Assembly (NCBI GenBank): GCA_012295275.1
Contig: CM022674.1
Location: 7,688,001 to 7,752,000 of the forward strand
Length of the DNA: 64,000 nt
Direction of reading: 5' to 3'
Source: Chrysomallon squamiferum
Lineage: Eukaryota; Animalia; Mollusca
This document shows positions 40,728-60,123 of the stretch, piece after piece; position 1 is the stretch's first letter, and each line of letters opens with the position of its first letter. The translations under genes were made by a program, and so were the position numbers. The notes beneath the pieces are model-generated. The model saw only the letters and a list, made by a program, of their open reading frames with translations, was not told the DNA's origin and searched no databases.

Positions 40728-42321
40728 CGTTATTATTATTCTGTTTATATGAGTCTGGACATTAAAAAATCATTTTTAGATTTCCTTTGAATAGATATCT
40801 TACGAAATACGCGGTTTAACGTTTCCTGAGTAGGGATCATGTATCATATATCGAGACAATAGTTGTGACAAGTTTTTACGTGTTTGTCTAAATTACATCC
40901 TGGTATGTAAAATGTTGTGGATTAAATGTATATTATTGTTATGTTTCATTTCACCGCAAAACTCAAACTAAATATATCTTCTTTAAAGTATAAACAATTT
41001 TTTTATATTACTAGGTTTACCGTATCTGGTTAAAACTGTCAAACTTACCGGGTAAACGGTGTAGTTGTTATCTTGTTCTGCATTCTGGTCGTTCGACGTT
41101 GCCTCAGTCTTCGTAGCAATTATCAACACAGAAATCTGCATGACAAAGGCATGTCGGGAACGTTTCAAATATAGACGACCCGTCAGACTACAGTGATAAT
41201 TAGTTTATAGAGCATTTTTATCTGCTACAGTAGTTACCATTTCGCGCTTCGTAGCGGTCAAGTTCGATTTCCTATTCACAAGATATTACTCTTACTATTA
41301 TTATTATTGTTGTCGTTGTTGTTATGCAATGGACTGCTAGAAATTTAAATTAAACAAATGTTAAATTTAAATTAAATAAATGTATGAAATACAACCGTAC
41401 ATTTTCTCCTTTTGCTTCTTGTTATCAAAAACAGCTCAAGTCACACAGCGTACGCACCGAAACACCACGGTCCATTTCTTTCTCAACAGCTCTACTTTAC
41501 CTTGGATCGACATGGACTGGTGTTTACGTTTGACACCATGAGAGATAGTTTCACTTGTCTTAGAAGCCATAGCTAGGTGAAGTTGAAGCGAAATAAGCTA
41601 AGAATCTCACAGAATTGCGGTATCACAGAAGTGCAGTGTAAATAATGTAAATAAGCACGCCCTACACATAACGCCATCTGTGGCTGCCCAGTAAACAATT
41701 CTCTATGTAATTTTGTCCGGACTAAAGGAGGTGCCGGGAATTCGGTGGTGTACCTGCAGTATAAATAGGTGAAAGACTTATCCTCGTGGAGCTGGTTACG
41801 ATTCGATATGCTGGACACTCTCTTGTGTCCTGCCTAATACTAATTTTAGTAATAATCCCTTTCTGTTTCCTTCCCAAAAACTATTTTTCTACGGCAGACA
41901 CGCCCGCTGACCTGTGAGAAAGCATGCCTGTCGTACACGTGCTTCGCAATAGCACGCTCTGTTTAGCACGTTAAATTTTTCCCCAGGTCCCAGATCCTCT
42001 TGGGGAATCCCCGAAGAGGTCACATGTACTGAAAGTGTACGGATCATAGTGAAGCCGCAATAGCGCTATTCAACTCGTTCGTTGTAATGTATCACACTTC
42101 TATGCTACATATCAGTATTAACAAAATTATTATTAACTGGCGCGTGGTCCAAAACTTCAATACGTTTTTGAGTTTTATTTTAATACCATTTGTACTTATT
42201 AAATTATCACAGATAATACTATTAAATAATAATAGAAATAATGATGATGCACATGATGAGATTATGATGAGGAGGATAATGATGCAGATAAATTATAAAC
42301 TAATGTATTTTGTGGGTTTAG

Positions 42322-42446
42322 ATGTGAGAAGCCAGTCAGAATATCAGCTGAAACCTGGAGACAAGGTACGAGTGGATATAGATGCCAAAATAGTGAAGAA
42401 AATTTTGTCAGAAACTAAAGGAATGTGGCATGAAAAGATATCTGAT
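42322..42446 (+). pseudogene. Orphan exon-5 copy in the duplicated block
   Basis: Same sequence as 34709-34833. Confidence 0.7.
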
Positions 42447-42613
42447 GTTTATTTACTTTAATTAATTATAATATAAAAACATTTTATAATCACAATAATA
42501 ACCAAATAAAAATAAATGTGTGCGTGTTTATAAAATAAAATTATGCAAGTACCTCTCTTCTGCAGTCAGTAGTGACTGAAGGATATCTTAATATCAGAGC
42601 AACACTATTGTCA

Positions 42614-42650
<37 letters not shown>

Positions 42651-43039
42651 CATATTTATTTATATATATTTTATTTTTTATATGGTGTCTGAATAATAGG
42701 AAGCTTCTATCAACCAATTAATAATGCTGAGACATAGACAGTCGGTGACAGCCCGATTTTTATATCTGAAGCAGTCATTGGCTGTAATAGATTCCTTTCC
42801 CTAGTGAGAGCCAGACGTTTACAGGACTGAGAAAAATGTTCCATGTTTCTCCTAAACTTGGCAGAACATATGATTAATTCTAACAAGCTCAGTTTGAATT
42901 AGTGTCTTGAAATGAGAGACTGGTGAATGATAAAATAGAAAGAAAATTAGAAATAAATAAATAGACGAAACGATAAATAAGCTTGAAATGAACCAATTAA
43001 TAAAAAAGAAGGAACAAAATAATGATAATAATAATAATG

Positions 43040-43078
<39 letters not shown>

Positions 43079-44139
43079 TTAATACAAATAATAATAATAA
43101 TAATTATTATTATTATTATTATTATTATAAAAATAAATAAATAAAAATAATAATAATGGTGTGTCTGTCTGTATCTAAGTATGTATGTATGTATGTATGT
43201 ATGTAAATTGAAGCTACCAGTGACAATGAAGCAAATGCTTTTCAGTACATAGTTTTAATTCATTTTTAAAATTGCACAATTGATATATTTACAGGATACA
43301 GACAGAAATAATTATCTTATCTGATATTACTCTAAGATAAATTTCTGAATGTGAGTTTATATTTTTAATAGCACCATTTAAAAGCTGATAGCTGTTTTTA
43401 AAGGAGAGATCAGTTAAATATTTTATTATGTACAATTATTTTGTTTTACTTTTAGCCTGATAGTCTACTTGTTTCTGATTAGACAAGAATAAATCAATAC
43501 ATATTCAACTTCTCATAAAGAGAAAAGTTCATGCAAGGGGAAGTACTCCTTACAGCAGACTGACGAATGCTTTTATACGGTATAATAATACAACATATAA
43601 TATTATTTAGATAATTTTATCGCATAGTTAGAAAATAATTAATTATAATTATCAAGTAAAAAGAAATAAAATTTGAGAAATTCTCGTCAAACTACAGTGT
43701 CCATTGAATACTAATATTAGAATCAAAATATATACATGTTAAAAAAAGAAATAAAGAAATAACAATGCTGATTAAAGATTGTTTATACAGATTTATTATC
43801 CAGTTTAATATGATTATTAATAAAATTATTTCATTAAAATTAAATGATGTATTAATACAAAATTTACAGCAGTAATTAAGTATCACTTGTTAAAACAAAG
43901 TTCATTAAAAATATATAAAATCTTTCGAAATATTAATTAAAAAGTGATCCTGAATTGGAGTACACATAGTTATAACAGATAGCAAAGAGTATATATATAT
44001 ATATATATTTGATTTCAAGTGTGTAACGTTAAAACTATGATTATATAAATTTGTTGCACACTTGTAAATCTATGGACTGCTATTAATAATAACCTACTAT
44101 AATTATGATTTATTATTGTTATTGTTCTTAAGACAACAA

Positions 44140-44960
44140 ACATCTCTATATAATTAATGTAAGTATACACTACTGACAATAACCATCTCTGTATAGTTAA
44201 TGTTATTGCACACTACTGAAAATAACCATCTCTATATAATTAATGTTATTGCACACCACTGAAAATAACCATCTCTGTATAATTAACGTTATTTCACACT
44301 ACTGATAATAACCATCTTTATATAATTAATGTTATTGTACATTACTGACAACAAAAAACTCTATATAATTAACGTTATTGCACACTACTGACAATAACCA
44401 TCTTTATATAATTAATGTAATTACACACTACTGAAAATAACCATCCCTATATAATTAATGCTACTGCACACTACTGACAATAACCATCTGTGTATAATTA
44501 ATGTTATTGCACACCACTGAAAATAACTATCTCTATATAATTAATGTAATTACAGACGACTAACAATAACCATCTCTGTATAATTAACGTTATTTCACAC
44601 TACTGATAATAACCATCTTTATATAATTAATGTTATTGTACATTACTGACAACAAAAAACTCTATATAATTAACGTTATTGCACATTACTGAAAATAACC
44701 ATCTCTATATAATTAATGTAACCTCGAACAATAACCATCTCTGTATAATTAATGCTACTACACACTACTGACAATAACCATCTCTGTATAATTGATGCTA
44801 CTGCACACTACTGAAAATAACCATCTCTATATAATTAATGTAATTACAGACTACGAACAATAACCATCTGTGTATAATTAATGCTACTACACACTACTGA
44901 CAATAACCATCTCTATATAATTAATGTAATTAGAGATCACTGAAAATAACCATCACGGTA
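44140..44960. repeat. ~43-bp minisatellite (~19 copies)
   Basis: Unit AATAACCATCTCTATATAATTAATGTTATTGCACACTACTGAA. Confidence 0.9.
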
Positions 44961-45159
44961 TAATTATTGTTATTATCATTATTATTATTATTATTATTAT
45001 TATTGTTAACAAACATCTAGGTATAACTATTATTATTATTACATGCTATTATTAACAGACCTGTGTATAATTACTGTTATTACTTTCTGTTGAAACAAGT
45101 ATCTAAAATGTTATTAGAATCAGTATTATTGTTCCATTATATACATAAACCAAAAATAA

Positions 45160-51356
<6,197 letters not shown>

Positions 51357-51578
51357 GTCTATTTTTGTTTTCCTGCAAATTCAAAAACGAATATGAATAT
51401 CGTTTTAGAAAATTATGTAAACATTATTTTAAAATTAACACCGTCTATACTTATTACATTTTGTTTTTCTTATTTTCTTTTCATTTTTTTTTTTTTTTTT
51501 TTTTTTTTTCGGTGGGGGTATCTTGAAAGGACACAAAAAATCTGGTTAAACCAAAAAAAAAAAAAAAAATTGGTTTGT

Positions 51579-51610
<32 letters not shown>

Positions 51611-53044
51611 TTATTATTATTATTAGTGTAGTAATAGTTATTTTTGTTACTGTGCAGTAGTACTAATAGTACTAGAATGAGTTGTAGTATAATTATTCTA
51701 GGTAGTAGGACCATTAGTAGCAGTAGCAGCAATATTAGTATATATGCAAATTCAAGAACTAATATGAACATATATATATATACTAATATTGCTGCTGCTA
51801 CTACTACTACTAATCGATACCCCCACACACACACACACAGTAAAAAAACATATAACAGAGATTAATGACGAACGTTAATAACTAAGTAAGTTTTGAAGAT
51901 CTAACCAAACACTTTGCATTTTTTTTTTTTTAAATAGGAGAAAACTTTCCAAGTATAAATTTGTGGAAATACACCAAAATAAACTTTATTTTCCAACTTA
52001 TATTAAGTTTTGTTTCCTTTCGAAAAATAAATTTTATTCTATTATTTATTGCTGTTTATATTTGTGTTACATACAAATGGTGCACCAAAATTGTTTTAGT
52101 GCTTAGAGCCTCTAAAGATCTTAATCCGACCATGGCGGTAGTTCTACGCCTAGTCAAACACAGAAACAGGACAGCTTTCACCACGTTTCTCACTGCTCTT
52201 TATTGTTGATTACATATTATTTGTTAATCATAAACACAACTGGCCCCTTCTCTGATCTCACCTAACAGTGGTGACCGTAGCACTCAAAAATCACAATAAC
52301 TTGAGAATTAACGTAAATAATATTTTAATTAATAATCAATTAAAGTTTAACCAGCTTCTCGCATGACGGAAGATCGTACTCCTTGTTACAGCTCTCGAGT
52401 CAGCGCACCTTGGTAACAGAGATTTGCTCCACCCATTACACTACCCGCTGTTTTTTCCTCCCATATTTATAACGAAGATACGGAAATTTCAAATATTCTG
52501 TTCTATTTATTTAAGAATTAAAAGACAGACGGGTTGGGTTTTTTCTCGCCTGTCTCTCTTAAAGCAGTCTATAAAAATATAAGCTCAGTGAAAAATGAAT
52601 AAAATGTATTGTTATTATTGATTTGATCTGAATTATGACAAGTATAATGATTAGATAACAAAACCGAAACTTACCTTTAATTCACTTCCTGGTTATAATG
52701 GCATGTAATAAGTGTACAGTAAATTAACAAAGTTTAAATAATTAAAAATAAAAACACATAGATTAAAACAGAAATGTTAAATATTACTTGGGTAAAATTG
52801 TTTTTCTTCAGCAGCGTGATTCTCATATGACTGTTCTCTAATCACTCATGGAATTATGAATTTTCCTTTACTTCAGCTTTTGTAGGCGTTTTCACATATT
52901 GACGTATCCGATTACTATCGACGTGATTGTGCATATCATTGCACACCGATAAGCTTGCACAATACGCAATGATATTTCTAAATGTGTTAATTTATTCGAA
53001 TGTTTACCATACTTATCAAATTCCAGGAAACTTAGTCACGTGAC

Positions 53045-54790
53045 TTTTCTTTCATATCTCAGTTTCTGTTTCTGTATTGTTATATATCGGCTGACAGATG
53101 TCACATTTTTAAATCTACATGACTGATAAAGGTGAGTAAGAATGTAGAACTGTCATAGTTTTGTTAAATAAAAGGTAGAAATATGTGTTATGTACAGGTT
53201 AGGAGTTATTTGAATTTAACAAAACTATTTTTTTTATCTTTCTTTCTACAAAGGGAGCTCACTCAGCAGATTTGATATTTCTTAATGTGCTCACTGATCC
53301 GAATATTTACCTCATTTTTCAAATTCCACGAAAATTAGTCACGTGTTATTTCACTTTGTTTAATTCGCGAACATTATCGGCCAAATTTCGTAGAAAATAA
53401 ATATTGCATTAAAATATGTATTTGATATCACATTTCTAAATGCGCTCTTTAATCAAGCATCAAGTTGCACAAACCAAATAAATTCACGTTACGAATGTAC
53501 ACTTTATTTTTACATAACATTACCTTATTAGGAAACATTTCGTATATCGCTTTCACAATGATTTTCTTGTCTTACCGAACCCCGATTCGTGGAATTTAGA
53601 AAGGAAACTAGAAAGTAGTCGTTTATATAATACTGACTGTTCGTTTGAGAGTAGGGAACATCCAGCGAGAACGTGTAAGTTTGATTTAAGATTGTTATTC
53701 CTATACTTTATATTTAACTAATAGTTTATTCATTACTTGTTCATTAAATTATAACTATGATTAACGAATAGTTTATAGATATATAAGAGTTTCAACTACA
53801 AGGAAGTGTCATATACAAACACACAAGAAGGAAACAACACAACACACCAACTAAAAATTCAGCTCAGCACAGTAAGAGCTCGTAAATCTGCGGGAAAGTT
53901 TTTTGGAACCAGTCAGATTTTCATGGTCTAATAAATATTAGTATTTACATAAGGGTACAGCAAATATTTTTTTCTTTAATTATTTTATTTTTACATTATT
54001 GAATTTAAAAACTAGACGCAGGATATTTGTTGATTATTCTCTGATCCAAACATTAGACTGCTTTAATTCTCAGACTAATAGAAATAGAAACATCAAACTG
54101 AAAACTGCTTTACAAATATTTCTTACATCTTTCTGGTCTGACTACTCGCTATTTTTCTTTCATATCTCAGTTTCTGTTTCTGTATTGTTATATATCGGTT
54201 GACAGATGTTACATTTTTAAGTCTACATGACTGATAAAGGTGAGTAAGAATGTAGAACTGTCACAGTTTTGTTAAATAAAAGGTAGAAATATGTGTTATG
54301 TACAGGTTAGGAGTTATTTGAATTTAACAAAACTATTTTTTTTATCTTTCTTTCTACAAAGGGAGCTCACTCAGCAGAGATGATATTTCTTAATGTGTTC
54401 ACTGATCCGAATATTTACCTCATCTTTCAAATTCCACGAAAATTAGTCATGTGTTATTTCACTTTGTTTAATTCGCGAACATTATCGGCCAAATTTCGTA
54501 GAAAATAAATATTGCATTAAAATATGTATTTGATATCACATTTCTAAATGCGCTTTTAATCAAGCATCAAGTTGCACAAACCAAATAAATTCACGTTACA
54601 AATGTACACTTTATTTTTACATAACATTACCTTATTAGGAAACATTTCGTATATCGCTTTCACAATGATTTTCTTGTCTTACTGAACCCCGATTCGTGGA
54701 ATTTAGAAAGGAAACTAGAAAGTAGTCGTTTATATAATACTGACTGTTCGTTTGAGAGTAGGGAACATCCAGCGAGAACGTGTAAGTTTG
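53045..54790. repeat. ~640-bp direct repeat (53045-53682 and 54153-54790) carrying AAG|GTGAGT donors
   Basis: Near-identical copies upstream of the + paralog ATG; donors at 53131 and 54239. Confidence 0.85.
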
Positions 54791-55515
54791 TCGTAGAAAA
54801 TAAATAGGTATTTCAAATCACATTTCTAAATGAGCTGTTTAATCGAGCTATGCAATACTGTAACATATAACAAAACAAAGTTACGCTCAGCGAATTAAAT
54901 ATGTAAAGATGAAATAATAAACGATTTATCTATATTATTTATTTATGTATTTTTAACATTGCCGTTTCTTTATCATTTTATCATTAGTAGCAAAAATATG
55001 CGTATGAATTAAAATCATCTGAGCGACATGCACACCCTCCACACACACACACAATGCAAAGACGCATACAGAGAGAGATTTTCACTGCAAAATTATTCCA
55101 TTTAATTCTTTTAAAAGAAACTTAGAGTGATGTCGGTAGGAACACATTTAGTTCGAGGTCCAGACTGGGCTGGTGAAGGGAAAGATGGTGGCGAAGGTGG
55201 TCTTGGAACTGTTGTGAAAGAGGATGTCGCTAATGGCAAGGTGAAGGTCATATGGGACATAGGTCGCGAAGGTCATTATCGTGCTGGATGTGATGGGCGA
55301 CACGAACTCAGGATATATGATAACGCACCGACAGGTAAAATGTTTAGAAAATAAAAACATCTGTCAGATTCCTCCTCTATAGTGTTGATAATTTTATTTA
55401 GTGTTGTTGTTGCAGCAAATGTTTTAATAGTAGCAGTAGTAGTAGTAGTAACAGCAGCAGCAGCTGCAATAATAGGAACAAAGTCAGTTTCGAAATCCTG
55501 CAGGATTACTGCGTT

Positions 55516-56090
55516 AGAGCTAGCAGAGTAATTATTACTCCGTCATTTAGATCATGGAAACTAACCCACTAACTAAATAAATAAATAAACGAAAAAATCT
55601 ATCAGATTTTCTACACCTAATGTTATATTAGTTTTTCGTTGTTGTTGTTGTTGTTGTTGAGCTACCAGAGTAATTATTACTCCGTCATTTAGATCATGGA
55701 AACCAACCCACTAACTAAATAAATAAATAAACGAAAAAATCTATCAGATTTTCTACACCTAATGTTATATTAGTTTTTCGTTGTTGTTGTTGTTGTTGTT
55801 GAGCTACCAGAGTAATTATTACTCCGTCATTTAAAGAAACCCCACTAACTAAATAAATAAATAAACGAAAAAATCTATCAGATTTTCTACACCTAATATA
55901 TATATATATATATTGTTGTTGTTGTATATATAAATATATAAAAGATATATATATATATATATACCCCATATCTTTCTAACATTCTTTTCACCGTAGTTCA
56001 CGTGATTAGTAAATATCATATATAACAGCAGCAACAACAACAACGAAAAACTAATATAACATTAGGTGTAGAAAATCTGATAGATTTTTT
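55516..56090. repeat. ~142-bp unit x3 plus an inverted partial copy in paralog intron 1
   Basis: AGAGTAATTATTACTCCGTCATTTA...ATCTATCAGATTTTCTACACCTAAT repeated three times; reverse complement at ~56030-56090; single copy at 31230-31370 in the other gene. Confidence 0.85.
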
Positions 56091-56186
56091 TGTGTGAGGA
56101 AAAATTAATGCTTTTTTGTCAAATTTATTGGTAATGCTAAATAAAATTACTACTTCTCATTTATGATACCTATTCACGAGGTTTTT

Positions 56187-56222
<36 letters not shown>

Positions 56223-57328
56223 CATAAAACAAATCTAAACTCAAACATAAAAAATAAACAAATATCACATACCTATAACACAAAAATGTAAACAGAACGA
56301 AAGATTTCCGAAGAATATGCTGTGCATAACATTACGAATATGAAATCTGATAAAAATAACTCAAAAGTGCATTAACTTATTTCACTCTTTCACTCTTGCG
56401 GAACCCAGGTTGAGAAACGGTGCTCTGGAGTTATCGTACTATTAATAGAGGCACAACGTTTCTATATATAAAGTTTTATCAACATTTTATGGGTTAAACT
56501 ATACAGTCAGAAACTTTTAAATAAATGTTGTTATTTACTCGACAAGTTTTTGCTGATTGTTTAAAACTTGTTTTGATTAAATCGCAATCTCTCAACCAAG
56601 AAAATCATGCGGAAATACAGCATCAGTTATGTCCCTTCTATAGATATCGTCTGTCACTAGTGTCCGAATTCAAAAATCTAATTATCTCTGAAAAAAAACA
56701 AAAAACAACAACTAAAAAAACTGAATCAATAATATTAAAGATAACCAAAGCAAAAATGTAATGTTATTTACAGAGGTAAACAATGTTGGAGTAATTTTGT
56801 TTTCTCGCTAACAAATTATTAATTTGTAGTTCTAAATAATTATAATGATAATCTAAGACTAATGATAATTTGCAATCATTACTTAGTGTAACTAGTTTTT
56901 GTATGTCTGACACTGATATATAACATTTACCATCTTTAAAACGTAATGATTATTTTATTTATTTATTTATTTATTATTATCATCATCATCATCATCATCA
57001 CCTCGCAAGAATAGTGTTATGTATTTTTTAGGTTGTGTTCATGATAAATTTTATTGTGATGTTTGCAAAATGAATCCAATAGAAGGTATGCGATGGAAGT
57101 GTGCTACTTGCTGTGACTTCGACCTTTGCACTCTGTGTTACATGAGTGGAAAACATGATCTTAGTCATCCTTTCCTTCTCCATCAAACACAGCAATCTAC
57201 ACTGTAAGTCAGCAAACCTGAGATTACATGAAAAAAAAAAATAAAATAAAAAATAATAATAATAATAATAAAATTAAAAAGGCCGTTTACTATTAACAGC
57301 TCTGTATATTTATTTTATTTTGATTTTA

Positions 57329-58022
57329 CAGTATACCCTCACCTATTCGCGGTTCCCCATTCGCGGCCCCTCATATTCGCGGGTTAGGCTCTTAACCATA
57401 TCGCATCGTATGCTGGTATACCAGGCTAGCGTCATAACGTCATAAAAACAAATGCTCGGTAAACCGCACAAACAATATCAAATTTTTTCAGTTATTATTG
57501 CAATACAGTACGTATTTTTTTTATAAATGCATACACTGTATATACAGTGCATATTTTTTGTGACCGTGTATTAATAATGTTTTTAATTGCATATTATTAC
57601 CTGAACTGTGCGTACTGTATTTATCTGTCTGTTTTGCCTTTAAATTTGTTCCACTTTCTGTCAATTCTAATACATATGTTGTACGCATAGAAAATGACTT
57701 TACGGTGCAGTAATACTGTATGGGTAACTATGCTATGCGGTGTTACTGTCCTCATGTACTTACGTTTCTTTCTGATTAAAATATTGTTTCAGTACAAAAT
57801 TAAAATGTGTTTACATTATCATTACTACATTAGTGAAATACATAACTGCATTATTACTGTATTAATGAGTAAGAGTGTCTTTAGAAAGTGTTTGGGAAGC
57901 ATTTAGTACCGTATATAATCTCATAATAGACGTTTTAAAACTGCATCCAATATTCGCGGTTTTTCGCTATTCGCGGGGGGGGGGTAAAGAACGTAACCCC
58001 CGCGAATAGCGAGGGAATACTG
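57329..58022. mobile_element. Tc1/pogo-type MITE with TA TSD in paralog intron 2
   Basis: TIRs CAGTATACCCTCACCTATTCGCGG / CCGCGAATAGCGAGGGAATACTG flanked by TA; absent from the matching intron of the minus-strand gene. Confidence 0.85.
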
Positions 58023-59503
58023 TATTTCTAATTTACCTTCTCAAATGATTTGAAAAAGGTATGTATTACTGTTTAATAATATTATTTATTTCTAATCTTT
58101 TCATTAAAAAAGTATATATTTCAGTTTGTATGATATCAATAGGTGTGTACAGATAGACATATGTCAAACAGAAGATGTTCATTTCTGTTAATATAATTTT
58201 TAGAGTGCCTATAGATTCAAGAAATTTGCTAAAACCAGAAACTGTGCATGGAATTTTACCAGGTGCTAGTGTTAAGAGAGGGTTACACTGGAAGTGGAGT
58301 AATCAGGATGGTAAGTATTTTCTCAATAAAGAGTTCACAATGAGGTCAGTAGTGTACTTCTTACTATGTTAAAATACATTTATGGTTAAAAATGGAGTTT
58401 TTTCTTTTAAAATTTTACAATTAGAAGAATTAACACCAAGAAGTTTAGTAATTTTATACAAATCATAAGAATAATTTATCAATATACTGTATTTAACTGG
58501 TGTTTTATTTCAGGAACTATGTGATAAAATTAATGATATGATCCTCTATATTTAATAATGTGATACCTACTGAAGTTTTGTATTTTTATTAATATATAAT
58601 AAAAGGAAATAATCTGAAAAATATTACAAATAAGAGTGGAGAACATTTCAATGAAATTGTAGAAAGAAAATATTCATACAAGGGTTAGATTATGTGTGCT
58701 GCCACCCACCTGAGATATTAAAATCCTCATAAATATTGAGCTCACTCAGTAATATAATCATGGATCAAAATGGACAACTAATTTTTCTGTCATTTTGTGA
58801 TGCAGTATGATAGGTGTTCAGTCATGATGTGACATGGTGGGACATGAATAAAAATAACAGTTGAAGTGTGATTAACTTTTCTCTACAATAATTGTGACAA
58901 TAAGCATAACACTATTTTGTAATCATAAAGGTAATTAATTATACTGATTTCATTTAAGTTCCTTTAATAAATATTTTTTTCTGCTTTGAAAAAATCTGTT
59001 TTTGCATCTTTTCAAAGAAGTTTTTCCTTTATTTTGTTCTTCAAATTTAGGTGGCAGTAATGGAGCTGGTGTTGTCATAGGTTTAGTCATGTGGGGAAGT
59101 AACAGTTATAGAGGTGGTGTTGCTGTTAAATGGCAGAATGCTTCAGAGAATATCTACAGATACAGATGCGGAGGAGAAGGTTGTATGGATCTCATTCTGA
59201 TTGCTGAAACACAACGCACGTATTACTTTCCACAGCATCTTCCTGTGTTAGGTGTGTTTCTTAAACTACCAGCAAATACATAACAACAATACTAACAAAT
59301 AATATCAAAGTGATAAATAATAGAAAACTGATTAAAAACAAGAGTATTATATTTTAATAATATCATTTAACATTTCCTTGGTTTATATTAATGACATGCT
59401 TACACCAATACATTTAACATCAGTCAAAACTCAACTGTAGAAATAGTTCATTTATCCAAACAGTAACAAAATTTATTCTCATATTTTTCACTTTCTTAAA
59501 TTA

Positions 59504-60123
59504 CAGTGGTACCTTGACTTACGAGTGCCCCAACTTACATGTTTTTTGAGTTACAAGCAGTTGCACAGTAAATTTTCTGCTTTTAGTAGGCTAGCCAAAA
59601 TACAAGTTATGAGCAAGCCGTTAGTTGGTGCAGTGAACAACATAACATCCAGCCAGCATGCCACATCTCACTTGTTTACTTCACGTGGTTACCTCGCCGC
59701 AGAAGCATATCTGTTGTGTTGTGCTCGCATTTTGTGCAGTATTTTGCCAAATTTCTTTTTTCTAAGAAAGTGAGTGCAAAGGACTGTTTGGAGAAGAAGA
59801 ATCAGATAATGTTCATTGAATTAAAGCTTGAATTTATTAGAAAAACATGAGCGAGGTGTGCATGTAGTTGACTTGGCTAGGCAGTACGAGCATAGTACTT
59901 CTACGATATGTACCACACTGAAGCTGAAGGAGTTGATAAAGACTAACTCCAGCTAAAGGTGTTAAAATAATTTATCTGATCTCCAAGATAAATACACTTT
60001 ACAAAACCAATTTATTTCTTTACATTCTCTTTTGTTTTGTTTTTATACAATATTTAGCATTTAAAAATTGATTTGTTTTACAAGTCGCAGAACGAATTAA
60101 ACTCATAAGTCAAGGTACCAGTG
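59504..60123 (+). mobile_element. Internally deleted Tigger/pogo transposon in paralog intron 4
   Basis: 22-bp TIRs CAGTGGTACCTTGACTTACGAG / CTCATAAGTCAAGGTACCAGTG, TA TSD; internal CENP-B-type HTH remnant KHERGVHVVDLARQYEHSTSTICTTLK. Confidence 0.85.

Larger units (their letters stand above)
28293..43321. repeat. 7.4-kb direct duplication (28293-35701 = 35909-43321) across a scaffold gap
   Basis: Sequence after the gap restarts GGCAGCACACAGAATC as at 28293; differences are mostly homopolymer/microsatellite length changes. Confidence 0.9.
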
